A stretch of 64,000 nucleotides of DNA. It comes from Mobula hypostoma. Taxonomy: Eukaryota. Location: NCBI RefSeq assembly GCF_963921235.1, contig NC_086097.1, positions 3,968,001 through 4,032,000 of the forward strand, read 5' to 3'. Below are positions 1-14,215 of the stretch, piece by piece (positions within the stretch are counted from its first letter, which is position 1; each line of letters starts with the position of its first letter). Below the pieces are notes generated by a model that made no database searches, had not been told where the DNA came from, and saw nothing but the letters and a program-made list of their open reading frames with translations. A program made the translations under genes and the position numbers.

Positions 1-481
1 AATAATGTGTGACAGGGCCATGGTGTTCTCCTTATGCACAAGTAAAATAAGGTGTGGTTAAGTCATAAGAGTGCATTCGTTCTGGGTGGTTATTTTATTT
101 TACTTTTATTATCGACGACAAGGGGTCATAATAAGATGGATAAGGAGAGATTATTTTCGCTTGTGGGAAAATCTAGAAATGAGGGTAGGGTCACTGTTAT
201 AAATGAGAATTGTTCTTTCAAAAAAACAGATTGTGATTTTTTTTCTTCTACAAGTTCCAAGTACTTAGAGCACTCTTCTTTATATGGAAGCAAAGTTTTC
301 AAATACTTTTATGGCAGTGGTAAACAAACCTATAATGTTTATTCCTTTTGCTAATTTGTACATGAAATGCTGAAAGGAGTTTGCACAAGAATTGAGTCTA
401 TTCTCTGATGTGCTAGGGTTTTTCTTAGGGAGATTTTAAAAGGACACATCACCAGGTTCAGATTTTACTATTGAAACCTAC

Positions 482-557
482 CTGATAATGAATAACATGC
501 TGTACATTTGGAATGTCCAGACCTCGAGCTGCAACGTCAGTGGTCAATAAAACACAG
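482..557 (-). CDS. DDX24: DDX24 coding exon 5 (motif V); the gene continues beyond the window start
   Basis: Manual translation CVLLTTDVAARGLDIPNVQHVIHYQ. Boundaries ttcag| and |gtagg; 76 nt. Confidence 0.95.
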
Positions 558-1124
558 CTGAAATACAATGAGACAAATATACATTGAGTGGTCAGTAATG
601 AAAATAATGAGCAGGCAGCTTCAAGTTCCTAGGTCAACATCCCACAGGATCTGCCCTGGGCCCAAAACTCCAATGCAATCATGAGGAAGGCATTCCAGAG
701 GCTCTACTCATTAGGAGTTTGAGGAGGTTTGGAATGTTAACAAAGACTTACAAACTTTTATATATGTACAGTAGAGAGCATTTTGACTGCTTGTTATAGA
801 GCCTACAACGCATGAGATGGCAAGAAGCTGCAGACTGTTATGGAGTCAGCCAGCTCCATCATAAGCACAACCCTCCACAACATCAAGGACATATTCAAGA
901 GGTGGTTACTCAAGAAAGTAGCATCCATCATTAAATACCCTCACCATTTGGAACATGCCCTCTTCATTTTACTATCATGAGGGAGGAGGTACAGGAGCCC
1001 GAAGACCCACACAATAATTTAGAAACAACTTTTTCCCTTACCCCATCAGATTTCTGAGTGGTCCACGAACACCCATTATTCCTTTTTTGTATGATTTATA
1101 TTTTGCAATTTATATATTTTTATT

Positions 1125-4100
1125 AGATGTCGCCCAACCTTTGCTGCTGTTGTACAAAGACAATCCTCCACCAAAGCTTGGAATCCATCCCCCTGCTGCC
1201 GGAGACTTCAGTGATTTTAGGTGACATCACCACCATTGGTCTGGTTATTTCTCTGGCGTCAAACTTTCGCCATTGACTGAGCTCCTTCAGCGAGACAGGG
1301 CTCACCCGGACCTAAGCCTTACATGAAGGCGGAGTTGTCTTGGGAGGGAGAAGCTATATAATTGCTATTGGCATTTCCTGATATTTAGTCAGGACACCAC
1401 CCCATACACCAGTAGAGGTCAAATGCTCTAGTTAGATGAGTACTGTGGCAACAGAAGGCAATGGCAAACCACTGCTGAAATTTCTGCCTAGTCAATCATG
1501 GAAAGAAACAAAAGAAGGAAACCAGACAACAGCGTGAATGGGGTTGATTCTAATCAACAGAACAACACCTCGCTCAGTAGGGGTAGTCATGTGCTGCAGC
1601 TAACACCAGACCGTCATCCAGAGACTGTAAGCAATAGGGAAAGGCTAAAGGTAGCAACATGGAACATCCGTACACTTCACCAGAAAGGAAAGTTGGACAA
1701 CACATTAAATGAAATGAAAAGGTTGGAAATTGATATCTGTCAGAAATTAGATGGACCGACTAAGAATAGTTCTCTGATAATGTATTCTGGAGGTCAACTA
1801 CATATGTATGGAGTTGGAATTATTTTAAACAAACAAGTATCAAAATGTCTTATGGGATTCTGGGCGATATCCGATCGGCTGCTTTTAGTTAGATTAAGGG
1901 GTAACCCTTTTAACATTAGCATAATCCAAGCCTACGCGCCAACAAATGATGCGGATGAAGAGGATATCAACAAGTTTTATGAAGATCTCGGCAGTGCTTA
2001 TAAGCAATACAAATCTCAGGATACAGAACTAGTCATGGGAGATTTTAACACCAAAAGTTGAACAGGAGAGGGTTGATAACATAATTGGACCCTTTGGATT
2101 AGTGGAGAAAAATGAAAATGGAGAAAGGTTTACTGATTGGTGTGTCAGAAACAAACCAATACTTGGTATAAAAACCATCCACGTAGATTGTGTACTTGGA
2201 TTAGCCCTGGAGATAGAACAAGGAATCAAATAGATTTCATTACCATCAATGAACGCTTTAGAAATAATATCACAAATTCCTAAGCCTACACAAGAGCAGA
2301 CTGTGGTTCAGACCACCATCCAGTAATAGCTACCATCAAAACAATGGAGGTCAACTGCATATGTAACTGAAATGTGGAAAAAAGAGCAAGTATATGTTGG
2401 GAGAACTTAAAAAAGATAACATACTTAAGCAACAATTCAAGACAGCTGTAGAAGAACACCTCAATGAAAACAAAACAACAGATTTGGGACAGATTTAAAT
2501 ATGCTATACTGCAATCAGCAGAGATAATCCCAGTACAAGAAATCCAACACACCAACAAGGGCGGATAACCCAAGAAATTTTAGTTCTGATGGAACAAAGA
2601 AGGTTAGTGAAGAATAACGAAGCGCAAAACAGAGAGCTGGACAGACATCAGACAATTGTGCAATATTGCAAAGGAAGAATGGCTGAATCAAAAATGCAAT
2701 GAAGTAGAAGGCCATATTAACAACACCAAAGAAATGTACAAGAAAATTAAGGAAATTACTGGAATTAAGAAAACCTCCTCTGCAGGATGCATAAGATCAG
2801 CAGACGGATCCATACTAACAGATCCAGATAAAGTATGTGAGAGGTGGATTCAGTATATAGAGCAGATGTTTGAGGATAATAGAGGGGAACCCCCAGATAT
2901 TAAACACCCTAATTCTGGCCCACCTATTACCAAAGAAGAAATAACTAAAGCAATGAAAAGCATGAAACATGGTAAAGCCACTGGACCTGATGAAATTTCA
3001 GTGGACATAATACAAGCCCTAGAAGATCTGAGCATAGATATTCTTTTTGAACTGTTTAATGTCATATATGAGTCTGGTGTTTTGCCTGACGATCTCTTGA
3101 AATCAGTATTTATAACTCTGCCAAAAATTCCTGGAACTATTGACTGCGAAAATTATAGAACAATCAGTCTTATGAGTCACATAATAAAGATTTTGTTGAG
3201 AATTGTTCTGAGACAAATTAAAAACAAGTTAAGGCCAGAAACTTCTAAACTGCAATATGGATTTATTGAGGATAGAGGAACTAGGAATGCAATTTTCCTA
3301 CTACGAATGCTTTCAGAAAGGGCAATTGAATATCAAAACGGTGTCTTTTTATGTTTTATTGATTTCACTAAAGCATTTGACAAAGTGCAACATGAAAAAT
3401 TATTTCAATTTCTCACTAAACTAAACATTGACGGAAGGGACCAACAACTGCTTCAAAATTTATATTGGAACCAAACGGCGGCGGTAAAAATTTACGATAA
3501 TATAAGCAGTTGGACTAAAATTCAAAGAGGAGTTAGACAGGGATGCATTGCCTCACTTGAATTATTTAATATCTATAGTGAAATGATTCTCAGAGAAATG
3601 GAAGACCTAGATGGGATAAAAATTGGAGGTGTTAACATTAACAATAAAGGATACGCAGACGATACTACCCTAATAGCAAGTGCTGCAGAAGACCTATAAA
3701 TCCTCCTAGACAAAGTAGTACAAACAAGTGCAGACTTTGGTCTAACCAAATGTATGGTAATATCAAAACAGCAGGATACTCCCAACTGCCAATTGTACAT
3801 CGGTAACCAAGAGATTAAACAAAAGACCAGCTTTAATTACCTTGGTAGCTTTCTATCACAAGATGCTAAAAGTAGAAATAAGAAGAAGAATTGCCATTGC
3901 CAAAACCAACTTCCAAAAAATGAAACCCATTTTTACCAACAGACACATTTCCATAACAACAAGGCTTAGGCTACTAAAATGTTATATCTGGTCAATCTTG
4001 CTGTATGCTTCCGAAACATGGACTAAACACCAGAACTCCAAAGAAACTTAGAAGCAACAGAAATGTGGTTTCTTAGAAGAATACTGAAAATTTCATATAG

Positions 4101-4417
4101 AGATAGGGTAACTAATGAGACAGTACTCCAACGTGCCCATACAAAAAGATCTTTAATGAGAACATTAAATGAGAGGAAGCTTAAATTCCTGGGCCATGTC
4201 ATCAGAAAGGGAGAAATAGAATGCCTTACATTACAAGGCCGAATGCCTGGGAAACACGGAAGAGGAAGGCAAAGAAGAAAATATGAACACTGTGAACACT
4301 GTGAAAGAACTAACAGATCTAAGTGTGCGAGATATCATTGACGCTGCGAGGGATCGTTCGATGTGGAGAGCCATGATTGCCCAAGCGTGTAATGTGCAAG
4401 GCACATGAAGAAGAATA
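1125..4417 (+). mobile_element. Full-length decayed RTE-clade LINE (APE endonuclease + RT, frameshifted)
   Basis: ORF pieces TWNIRTL...YAPT...MGDFN, RQGC...YADD and WFLRRIL...FLGHVIR. 5' motif AGAAGGCAATGGCAAACCAC, (GAA)n tail, TSD ATATTTTTATT at 1114-1124 and 4418-4428. Confidence 0.9.
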
Positions 4418-4431
4418 ATATTTTTATTGAG

Positions 4432-6575
4432 TCATAGACACTACTGAATAGAAACAGGCCCTTCAGCCCATTTAGCTTAGAACAAACTATTACTCTACCT
4501 AATTCCATTGACCTGCACCCAGCCATAGCCCTCCATACCTCTCCCATCCATGTACCTATCCAAATTTCTCTTAAAAGTTGAAACTGAACCTACATCCCCT
4601 CTTCTGCTGGCAGCTCATTCCACACTCTCACCACCCTCTGAGTGAAGAAATTTCTCATGTTCCCCTTAAACATTTCACCTTTCACCCTTAACCCATGACT
4701 TAATAGTTCTAGTCTCACCCAACCTCAGTGGAAAAAGCCTGCTTGCATTTACACTAGCTATACTCCACATAATTTTGTATACCTCTATCAAATCTCCCCT
4801 CGTTCTACGCTCCACGGAATTAACTCATAACCTATTCAATCTTTCCCTATAACTCATGTCCTCAAGTCCTGGCAACATCCTTGCAAATTTTCTCTGTACT
4901 CTTTCAATCCTATTGATATCCTTCCTGCAGATAGGTAACCAGAACTGCATACCATACACCAAATTAGGCCTCACCAATATCTTATACAACTTCAATATAA
5001 CATCCCAATTCCTGTACTCAATACTTAGATTTATGAAGGCCATTGTGCTAAAAACTCTCTTTAGGGCCCTACCCACTTGTGATACTACTTTCACGGAAGT
5101 ATTCCCAGATCCCTCGGTTCTACTGCACTCCTCAGTGCCGTATCACTCACCACGCAAGTCCTAACCTGGTTGGTTCTCCCAAAGTGCAACACCTCACACT
5201 TATCTGCTTTAAATTCCATCTGTCATTTCTCAGCCTATTTTCCCAGTTGGTCCAGATTCTACTGCAAGCATTCATAATTCTTCCTCGCTGCCACCATGCC
5301 TCCAATCTTGGGGTCATCTGCAAACTTGATGATCCTATTTTTAAAGACTTCGAGAGACTTTGAACTTTTACCGTGCTCATGGACTTATAGAACATAGAAA
5401 ATAGGTGCAGGAGTAGGCCATTCGGCCCTTCGAGTCTGCACCGCCATTTATTATGATCATGGCTGATCATCCAACTCAGAACCCAGCCTTCCCTCCATAC
5501 CCCCTGACCCCTGTAGCCACAAGGGCCATATCTAACTCCCTCTTAAACATAGCCAATGAACTGGCCTCAACAGTTTGCTGTGGCAGAGAATTCCACAGAT
5601 TCACCACCCTCTGTGTGAAGAAGTTTTTCCTAATCTCGGTCCTAAAAGGCTTCCCCTCTATCCTCAAACTGTGACCCCTCGTTCTGGACCTCCCCAACAT
5701 CGGGAACAATCTTCCCGCATCTAGCCTGTCCAATCCCTTTAGGATCTTATACGTTTCAATCAGATCCCCCCTCAATCTTCTAAATTCCAACGAGTACAAG
5801 CCCAGTTCATCCAGTCTTTCTTCATATGAAAGACCTGCCATCCCAGGAATCAATCTGGTGAACCTTCTTTGTACTCCCTCTATGGCAAAGATGTCTTTCC
5901 TCAGATTAGGGGACCAAAACTGCACACAATACTCCAGGTGTGGTCTCACCAAGGCCTTGTACAACTGCAGTAGTACCTCCCTGCTCCTGTACTCGAATCC
6001 TCTCGCTATAAATGCCAGCATACCGTTCGCCTTTTTCACCGCCTGCTGTACCTGCATGCCCACTTTCAATGACTGGTGTATAATGACACCCAGGTCCCGT
6101 TGCACCTCCCCTTTTCCTAATCGGCCACCATTCAGATAATAATCTGTTTTCCTATTTTTGCCACCAAAGTGGATAACTTCACATTTATCCACATTAAATT
6201 GCATCTGCCATGAGTTTGCCCACTCACCCAACCTATCCAAGTCACCCTGCATCCTCTTAGCATCCTCCTCACTGCTAACACTGCCACCCAGCTTCGTGTC
6301 ATCAAGTTATGGTATTGTTGTACTGTTGTAACTATATGTTATAATTATGTGGTTTTGTCAGTTTTTTCAGTCTTGGTCTGTCCTGTGTTTTGTGATATCA
6401 CACCAGAGGAAATATTGTATCATTTCTTAATGCATGCATTACTAAATGACAATAAAAGAGGACTGCGTGTCTTCATAATCTAAATTATCATCCAGATTGC
6501 TGATATAGATGACAAACAACAAATCCAGCACCGACCCATGCAGCCACAAGCCACCAGAGATGCAACCATCCACTA
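4432..6575 (-). mobile_element. Nested stack: older CR1 3' fragment interrupted at about 5339-6483 by a LINE-tail repeat, itself interrupted by a younger CR1
   Basis: CR1-type peptides (LVRPNL..QFW..IERVQR) at 4825-5470; the outer element resumes at about 6484. Confidence 0.7.
5386..6303 (-). mobile_element. Young 5'-truncated CR1 LINE
   Basis: Uninterrupted 258-aa ORF2 C-terminus (WQMQFNVDKC...LVRPHLEYCVQFWSP...FFTQRVVNLWNSLP) and (TTCTA)-type tail. Confidence 0.9.
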
Positions 6576-6786
6576 CCAGACTCAGCTGTCTGCAGAAGGC
6601 GACAGTAACTCAAATAGCCATGCATTACAACAACGGTGCGCAGTTTGTTGAACTCACAACACATCGAACCTTGAAGTGGATAGACTACAGATTACTAGCA
6701 GCAGATTACGAACATACACTCAGTGGCCAGGAGGTTCTGTATAAGTGGGCACCAAGCATACTTCTATCTCAAGTTAGCGAGCTCAC

Positions 6787-7302
6787 CTTTCTCTTTCAGC
6801 AAATCTCTCTAAATTCTTCAACCTCTGTTTCTGGTGCATGTTTGCATGTAGCGGCAGAGGACAACATTCCAAAATAGTAAGGAGTGCATTTAGACGCTTG
6901 ATACAATCTATACTATTTGCAAAGACCATAGTTCGGCCTGGATATTGAAGTAAGAAATAATAGAGGTAGATGTCTTTTTCCTCTACCTCACATTGGATTC
7001 TGGTTTCAGTGAGGGTTTCGACTGTGCCCTCTTTCCTGGATAAATCAATGACTTTGGGTTTTCCTCTGAGGCCTACTTTGTGTATCAGAGCTTCTAACTT
7101 TGTTTCTGTGTTTATTTTTTTGGTATTCTTCTTTCCCAACATTCTTGTAGGAACTTGATGAACCATTGTTAAAGTGGCAGAAAATATAAAAGTCCTTCTT
7201 TTTGGATGATATTCTTTATCTTGTAGGAGCTCCAGAAGTTGAGAAAGTTCTGCAAAATGTCCTTTTTCAACCATGCGATCTGCCTCATCAATTACCAGGC
7301 AC
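6787..7302 (-). CDS. DDX24: DDX24 coding exon 4 (DEAD box, SAT, motif IV)
   Basis: CLVIDEADRMVEKGHFAELSQLLE...FSATLT...YPGRTMVFANSIDCIKRL...LHANMHQKQRLKNLERF. Boundaries taaag| and |gtgag; 516 nt. Confidence 0.96.
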
Positions 7303-7454
7303 CTTTATCAAAAAGACAAGAGACAAAATTACTCAGAGTTTATCAGGTTATGGAGTAATCCACTTTTTCTTTCTTAATACATCTATAATTTGAAGAGCCT
7401 GACCTCACTGGGACTAGTCACTAGATCAGCAAGGTGTTTACTGTTTACCTGTAC

Positions 7455-7573
7455 GTCTTCCCCGTCTCGTTTTACGGTGGTGGGCGCCCAGCTTAATGGT
7501 GGATTACCGCCACCTTCTGCTCCGGAGTGTGCAATAGACTTACATTCCAAATCCCTTCACCCAAGCGCGCGCG

Positions 7574-7646
<73 letters not shown>

Positions 7647-8890
7647 CCACCCACCCACCCTAACCTACACTTTATCCTCCCAGCTCTGGCCATCCTAGTA
7701 CCCTATTCCTGCTTATCCATCATATCCTATAAAAAACCCCTGTAACCCTTAAGAAAGCTGAAAATACCCTGGCCTGTGCTCTCTCACCCATGTCCAGCAA
7801 CCCTTTTAATGTGAATTCCTGCATCCCCAATTCCCTTACATTAATTCTCATTATCTCCGTCTGTATCCCATACTTCCTGCAACTCAGAACTACATGTTCT
7901 ACTGACTCCTCTTCCTGACATTCCTCACACAATCCTGTCTGATGTTTCCCTATCATTTTCAATGTTTTGTTTAATGCACAGTGCCCCGGCCTTAAACTAG
8001 TCCGCACAGTTTCCTCTCTTCTGTATCCACTACCTACCCTCATACCTGCAACACTCTTTTGTATTTGATATAAATGCCTCCCTTTCCCCTCCCTGTCCCA
8101 TCTTTCTTGCCACAATTGGTTGATTTTTTCTCAGATTACACACTTAACCTCTGCTTTACAGATACTAATGTGCATTTCTATATTTTCTTTCTTTAACGCC
8201 CTCTTTGCCAACTCATCCACCCTCTCATTCCCCTTCACCCCTACATTTGCTGGAACCCATAGAAATTTTACCCGACCTCCCTGATTTGCAATTCTTGTAA
8301 CTAACTGAAGGTCTTCATGAAGTACATCTTGCCGACTGTTTGAGTGAAAAGACCTTAAATTTGCTAGAACTGAGGATGAATCTGAGCATATCAACACTTT
8401 GACTTGTCTAGCTTTCTCCACCCATCGCAACACAATCAACACTGCCAGCATCTCTACTGTATTTACCCTTAACTTATTAGATGTTCTTCTGCTGATTCCT
8501 ATTTCTTTTGCTGGTATAGCCACCCCAAACCCTGTCATTCCTGTTTCAGGTTCCTTAGCACCATCCATATAAATCTGAGTGTAATCACTATACTTTTCCA
8601 TCACATGACAGTTAAATGCACTTACCAAATCAGTTTTATATTTTCCTTTCCTTCTTACCTCCAACAAATGCCAGTCTAGGTCAGGCCATACAAGCTTTCA
8701 TGGAGCTACAACCAGATGAACTACTGAAGGACTTATCCTTAGATCAAACGCTCCACATTCTTTAGCAATATCATTCCCTATCCGACTAAAGTTATCCCTC
8801 TGAAACCTCCCATTTTCCCAGCATTCCTGCAACACTCCTTTTGCAGGGTGAGAATCACCCCGCAAATTAGCCCAGTAGTTTGTCATTTAT
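7455..8890 (-). mobile_element. 5'-truncated Nimb/I-clade LINE with RNase H and CCHC finger
   Basis: RNase H motifs YMDGA / EMLAV / SDS / WVPANVGVKGNERVDELAK and finger CEEC..HVVLSC. Characteristic 3' end CACACTCC..GGTGGCGGTAAT. 13-bp TSD TGTTTACCTGTAC at 7442-7454 and 8891-8903. Confidence 0.85.
7565..7644. repeat. (GC)n(AC)n microsatellite in the 3' UTR of the Nimb/I element
   Basis: Direct reading. Confidence 0.95.
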
Positions 8891-9084
8891 TGTTTACCTG
8901 TACTGCTCACTGCATGTACTTTGAATTATAATTTATATTAACTTATTTGTGTGCTTTATGTGCTGTGTGTGATATATATTTTGTGGGTACACTATGGTCC
9001 GGAAGAGCATTGTTTCATTCAGTTGTATGTAAGTACAGTCAGATGACAATAAACCTGAAACTGAATTAGAACTCCACGAACTGA

Positions 9085-11105
9085 TTTATTAAAGGTTATA
9101 CAAAAGCCAAAGAAAGGGAATTAATTAAAGCCAACATAAAAGCTAAAATTAGTGGGAAATTAGAGGATTGGAAAGCTTTTAAAAACCAACAGCAGGCAAC
9201 TAAAAGAATTATTAATGTAATGATGGAATACAAAAGTAAGCTAGCCAATAATATTAAAGAGGATACTAAAAGTTTCTTCAGATAGATAAAGTAAAGAGAG
9301 AGACGAGAGCGGATAGTGGTCCACTGGAAAACAATGCTAGTGAGGTAGTAATGGGGGACAACAAAATAGTGAATGAACTGTATTAGTATTTTCCATCAGC
9401 CTTCACTGTGGAAGACACTAGCAGTAAGTTCCAGGTGTCAGGCATCATGAAATGTGTGAAGTTACCATTAATAGGGAGAAGGTTCTTGGGAAAATGAAAG
9501 ATCCGAAGGTAGGTAAGTCACTTGGACCAGATTGTGTACACCCAGGGTTATGAAAGAGGTGGCTGAAGAAATTGTGGAGGCATTAGAAATGGTCTTTTCT
9601 AGATTCCAGAATGGTTCGGGAAGACTGGAAATTTACAAGTGTCACTTCACTCTTCAAGAACAGAGAGAGGCAGAAGAAATGAAACTACAGGCCAGTTAGT
9701 CTGACCTCAATGGTTGGGAAGATGTTTAATATTAAGAGTTGATTAATAAGGATGAGCTCTCAGGGAACCTGGAGGCACACAATAAAATAAACCGTAGTGA
9801 GCATGGTTTACTCAAGGGAAAGTCTTGCCTGACAAACCTGTTGGCATTCTTTGAAGAAATAACAAGCAGGATAAACATCAGTTGATGTTGTGTACTTGGA
9901 TCTTCAGAAGGCCTTTACAAGGTGTCACAAATGAATGAAGCTGCTTAACAAGCTATGAGCCGGCTCATGGTATTACAGGAAAGATACTAGCATGGACAAA
10001 GCAGTGCCTAATTGGCAGGAATCCAAAGAGTGGGAATAACGAGACCTTTTTTTGGCTGGCTGCCGGTGGTTAATAGTGTTCCCCAGGGGTCTGTGTTGGG
10101 ACTGATTCTTTTTATGTTAATATGTCAGCAATATGGATGATGGAATTGATGGCTTTGTTGCAAAGTTTGCAGATGATATGAAGACAGGTGGAGGGGCAGG
10201 TAGTTTTGAGTAAGTAGAGAGGCTACAGAATGACGTAGACAGATTAGGAGAATGAGCAAAGAAACAGCAGATGGCATACAGTGTCAGGAAGTCTATAGTT
10301 ATGCACTTTGGTAGAAGAAATGAAAGGGTTGACTATTTTCTAAATGGAGAGAAAATGCAAAGAACTGAGGGCCAATGGGACCTGGGAGTCCTGGCGGAGG
10401 TTTACCAAAAAGGTTAATTTGCAGGTTCAGTCTGTGGTCAGGATGGCAAATGCAATGTTGGCATTCATTTCAAGAGGACTAGAATATAAAAGCAAAGATA
10501 TAATATTGAGACGTTATACAGCACTGGCGAGGAAGAGTCTCTATAAAGCACTGGAATATTGTGAGCAGTTTTGGGCCCTTTTGTCTTAGAAAGGATGTGC
10601 TGAAACTGGAGAGGGTTCAAAGGAGATTCACGAAAGTTCCAGGATTGAATGGCTTGTCACATAAAGAGCTTTTGATGGCTCTGGGTCTGTATTCATTGAA
10701 ATTCAGAAGAATGAGGGGTGACCTCATTGAAACCTATCGAATGGTGAAAGGCCTTGATAGACTGGAGGTGGAGAGGATGTTTCCTAAGGTGGGAAGAGGC
10801 TAAGACCAGCGGACACAGCCTCAAAATAGAGGGTTGTCCTTTTATAATGGAGATGAGGAATTTCTTTAGCCAGAGAAGGGTGAATCTATGGAATTCTTTA
10901 CAACAGACAGACGTGGAGGCCAAGTCTTTATGTATATTTAAGGCAGAGGTTGATATATTCTTGATTGGTCAGGACCTGAAGGGATACAAGGAGGAGGCAG
11001 GAGATTGGGGCTGAGAGGAAAATTGGATCAGCCATGATGAACTGCAGAGCCGACTTAATGGGTGAAATAGCTTAAATCTGCTCCAATATTTAATGGTCTT
11101 ATCGT
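9085..11105 (+). mobile_element. Decayed CR1 LINE ORF2 and tail
   Basis: Fragmented RT (FADD-like at about 10165) and C-terminal CR1 peptides. Confidence 0.85.
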
Positions 11106-11479
11106 CTAATTCACAAATATATTTTATTGCAGGGAACTGGCCATTTGTACCCCATTTCTTTGTCTTTATTGTCTTATACCAATGTATAGCCTATAACAGG
11201 ACTGATCCTTCATTGAACTTGTGATAGCTACTATTGTATTGATTTGCTGAGCACGCCCACAGGAAAATGAATCTCAGGGTTATATATGGTGATATATATG
11301 AACTTTGATAATAAAATTTACTTTGTAACTTTAGAACTCACATCTTGTGCAGTCAGATAATGGTCGACTGAAACTTCACCACAGGCCTTCAGCACATGAA
11401 CTGACACACTAACACAAAAAGCACAACACTTGAAGAATCCAGTGGGCCAAACAATATCTGTTGAGGCAAGACATGTAAG

Positions 11480-14215
11480 CTGAAGAGGTAGTAATGGGGG
11501 ACAGAGAAATGGCAGATTAACTTAATTGGTTCTTTGCATCTGTCAGTTAGCCTAACCTCAGTGGTTGGGAAAGTGTTGGGAGTCGATTATTAAGGATGAG
11601 GTTTTCGGGGTACTTGGAGACTAATGATAAAATAAAGTCAGCGTGGTTTCTATGAAGGGAAATCTTGCCTGACAAACCTGTTAGAGATCTTCGAAGAAGT
11701 AACAAGCAGGGTGGACAAAGGAGAGGCAATGGATGTCATTTTAGAAACATAGAAAACCTACAGCACAAACAGGCCCTTTGGCCCACAATGTTGTGCCAAA
11801 CATGTACTTACTTTAGAAATTACCTAGGGTTACCCAGAGCCCTCTATTTTTCTAAGCTCCATGTACCTATCCAGGAGCCTCTTAAAAGACCCTATCATAT
11901 CCACCTCCACCAGTCACCAGCAGCCCATTCCATGCACTCACCACTCTGCGTAAAAAGCTACCCAACATCCCCTCTGTACCTACTTCCAAGCACCTTAAAA
12001 CTGTGCCCTCTCATGTAAGTCATTTCAGCCATGGGGAAAAGCCTCTGACTATCCCCACAATCAATGCCTCTCATCATCTTATACACCTCTATCAGGTCAC
12101 CTCTCATCCTCCGTCGCTCCAAGGAGAAAAGGCTGAGTTCACTCAACCTTTTCTCATAAGGCATGCTCCCCAATCCAGACAACATACTTGTACACCTCCT
12201 CTGCACCCTTTCTATGGTTTCCACATCCTTCTTGAGGTAAGATGACCAGAATTGAGCACAGTACTCCAAGTGGGGTCTGACCAGGGTTCTATACAGTCAT
12301 AACATTACCTCTTGGCTCTTAAACTCAATCCCACAGTTGATGAAGGCCAATGCACTGTATGCCTTCTTAACCACAGAGTCAACCTGCGCTGCAGCTTTGA
12401 GTGTCCTATGGGCTCGGGCCCCAAGATCCCTCTGATCCTCCACACAACCCAGAGTCTTACCATTAACACTATATTCTGCCATCATATTTGACCTACTAAA
12501 ATGAACCACTTCACACTTATCTGGGTTGAACTCCATTTGCCACTTCTCAGCCCAGTTTTGCATCCTATCAATGTTCCACTGTAACCTCTGACAGCCCTCC
12601 AAACTATCCACAACACCCCCAACCTTTGTGTCATCAGCAAATTTACTAACCCATCCCTCCACTTCCTCATCCAGGTCATTTTTATAAATCACAAAGAGAA
12701 GGGGTCCCAGAACAGACTCTGAGGCACACCACTGGTCACCAAACTCCATACAGAATATGACCCATCTACAACCACTCTTTGCCTTCTGTGGGCAAGCCAA
12801 TTCCGGATCAATTTTCTTGGATTTTCAGAAGGCATTGGGTAGGGTGCCACACACAAGGCTGCTTAACAAGATAAAAATCCTATCCTATAGCATTACAGGA
12901 AAGATACTGGCATGGGTAGTGGAATGGCTGACAGGAAAGAGGCTGTGAATGGGAATAAAGGGGCCTTTTCTTGTTGGCTGCTGGTGACCAGTGGTGTTCC
13001 TCAGGGGTCAGTATTGGGACTGCTGCTTTTCACATTGTTTGTCAGTGATTTAGATAATGGGATTGATGGCTTTGTGGCAAAGTTTGCGTATGATATGAAG
13101 ATAGGTGGAGGGGTAGGTAGTGCTGAGGATGCAATGCAATTGCTGCAGGACTCAGACAAATTGGAAGATTGGGCAAAAAAGTGGCAGATGGAATAGTCAC
13201 CAGGAAATCTGCAGGTGCTGGAAATTCAAGCAACACACACAAAAAATGCTGGTGAACGCAACAGGCCAGGCAGCATCTATGGGAAGAGGCACAGTCGACG
13301 TTTCAGGCCAAGACCCGGAAACATCGACTGTACCTCTTCCTATAGGTGCTGCCTGGCCTGCTGCGTTCACCAGCATTTTTTGTGTGTGTTGTTAGATGGA
13401 ATACAGAGTTGGGAATGTATGATAATGCATTTTGGTAAAAGGAACAATAGTGTGGACTATTATTTAAATGCGGAAAAGGTTCAAACATCAGAGGTGTGGA
13501 GGGACTGAGTAGTCCTCGTACAAGACTCCCATAAGGTTATCTACAGGTTGAGTCCGTGGTAAAGAAGGCAAACGCAATGTTGGCATTTATTTCAAAGGGA
13601 ATAGAATATAAAGCAAGGAGATAATACTAAGCCTTTATAAGACACTAGTCAGGCTGCACTTGTCAACAGTATTGTCAACAATTTTGGGCCCCATATCTCA
13701 GAAAGGATGTGTTGTCATTGGAGAGTGTCCAGAGGAGGTTCACGAGGATGATTCTGGGAATGAAGGGGTTAACATACGAAGAGCATTTGGCAGCTTTGGG
13801 CCTGTACTCGCTAAAATTTAGAAGAATGCGGGGGATCTCACGGAAACCTACCGAATGTTGAAAGGACTAAATAGGGTGGATGTCGACAGGATGTTTCTTA
13901 CGGTGTGGGTATCCAGAACTAGAGGGCACAGCCTCAAAACTGAGGGTTGACTGTTAGAACAGCGGTATGGAGGAATTATTTTCGCCAGAGCAGTAAATCT
14001 GTGGAATGCTCTGCCACAGACTGCAGTGGAGGCCAAGTCCATGTGTTTATTTAAAGTGGAAGTTGATCGATTCCTGATTAGTCAGGGCATCAAAGGATAT
14101 GGCGAGAAGGCAGGTGGATGGGGTTGAGTGGGATCTGGGCTCAGCCATGATGGAATAGCGCAGCAACTCGATGGATTGAATGGCCTAATTCTGCCCCTAT
14201 GTCTTATGGTCTTAA
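11480..14215 (+). mobile_element. Decayed CR1 LINE containing an antisense CR1 (about 11742-12808) and a Penelope-derived insert
   Basis: GVPQGSVLG..FAYD on the plus strand; the outer sequence 'ggatgtcattt...ttggattttcagaaggc' is split by the insert; the inner copy has KFADDTK on the minus strand. Confidence 0.85.
13196..13393. mobile_element. Penelope-derived short insertion, two head-to-head terminal-repeat copies
   Basis: Internal inverted repeat; TSD AGATGGAATA at 13186-13195 and 13394-13403. Confidence 0.8.

Noticed and set aside
52..354. 100-aa ORF at the window start
   Set aside because: Intronic and antisense to DDX24, starts at GTG, and resembles a very old CR1 tail.
7390..7745. 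His-Thr and Val-Cys repeat ORFs
   Set aside because: Translations of the (AC)n microsatellite.
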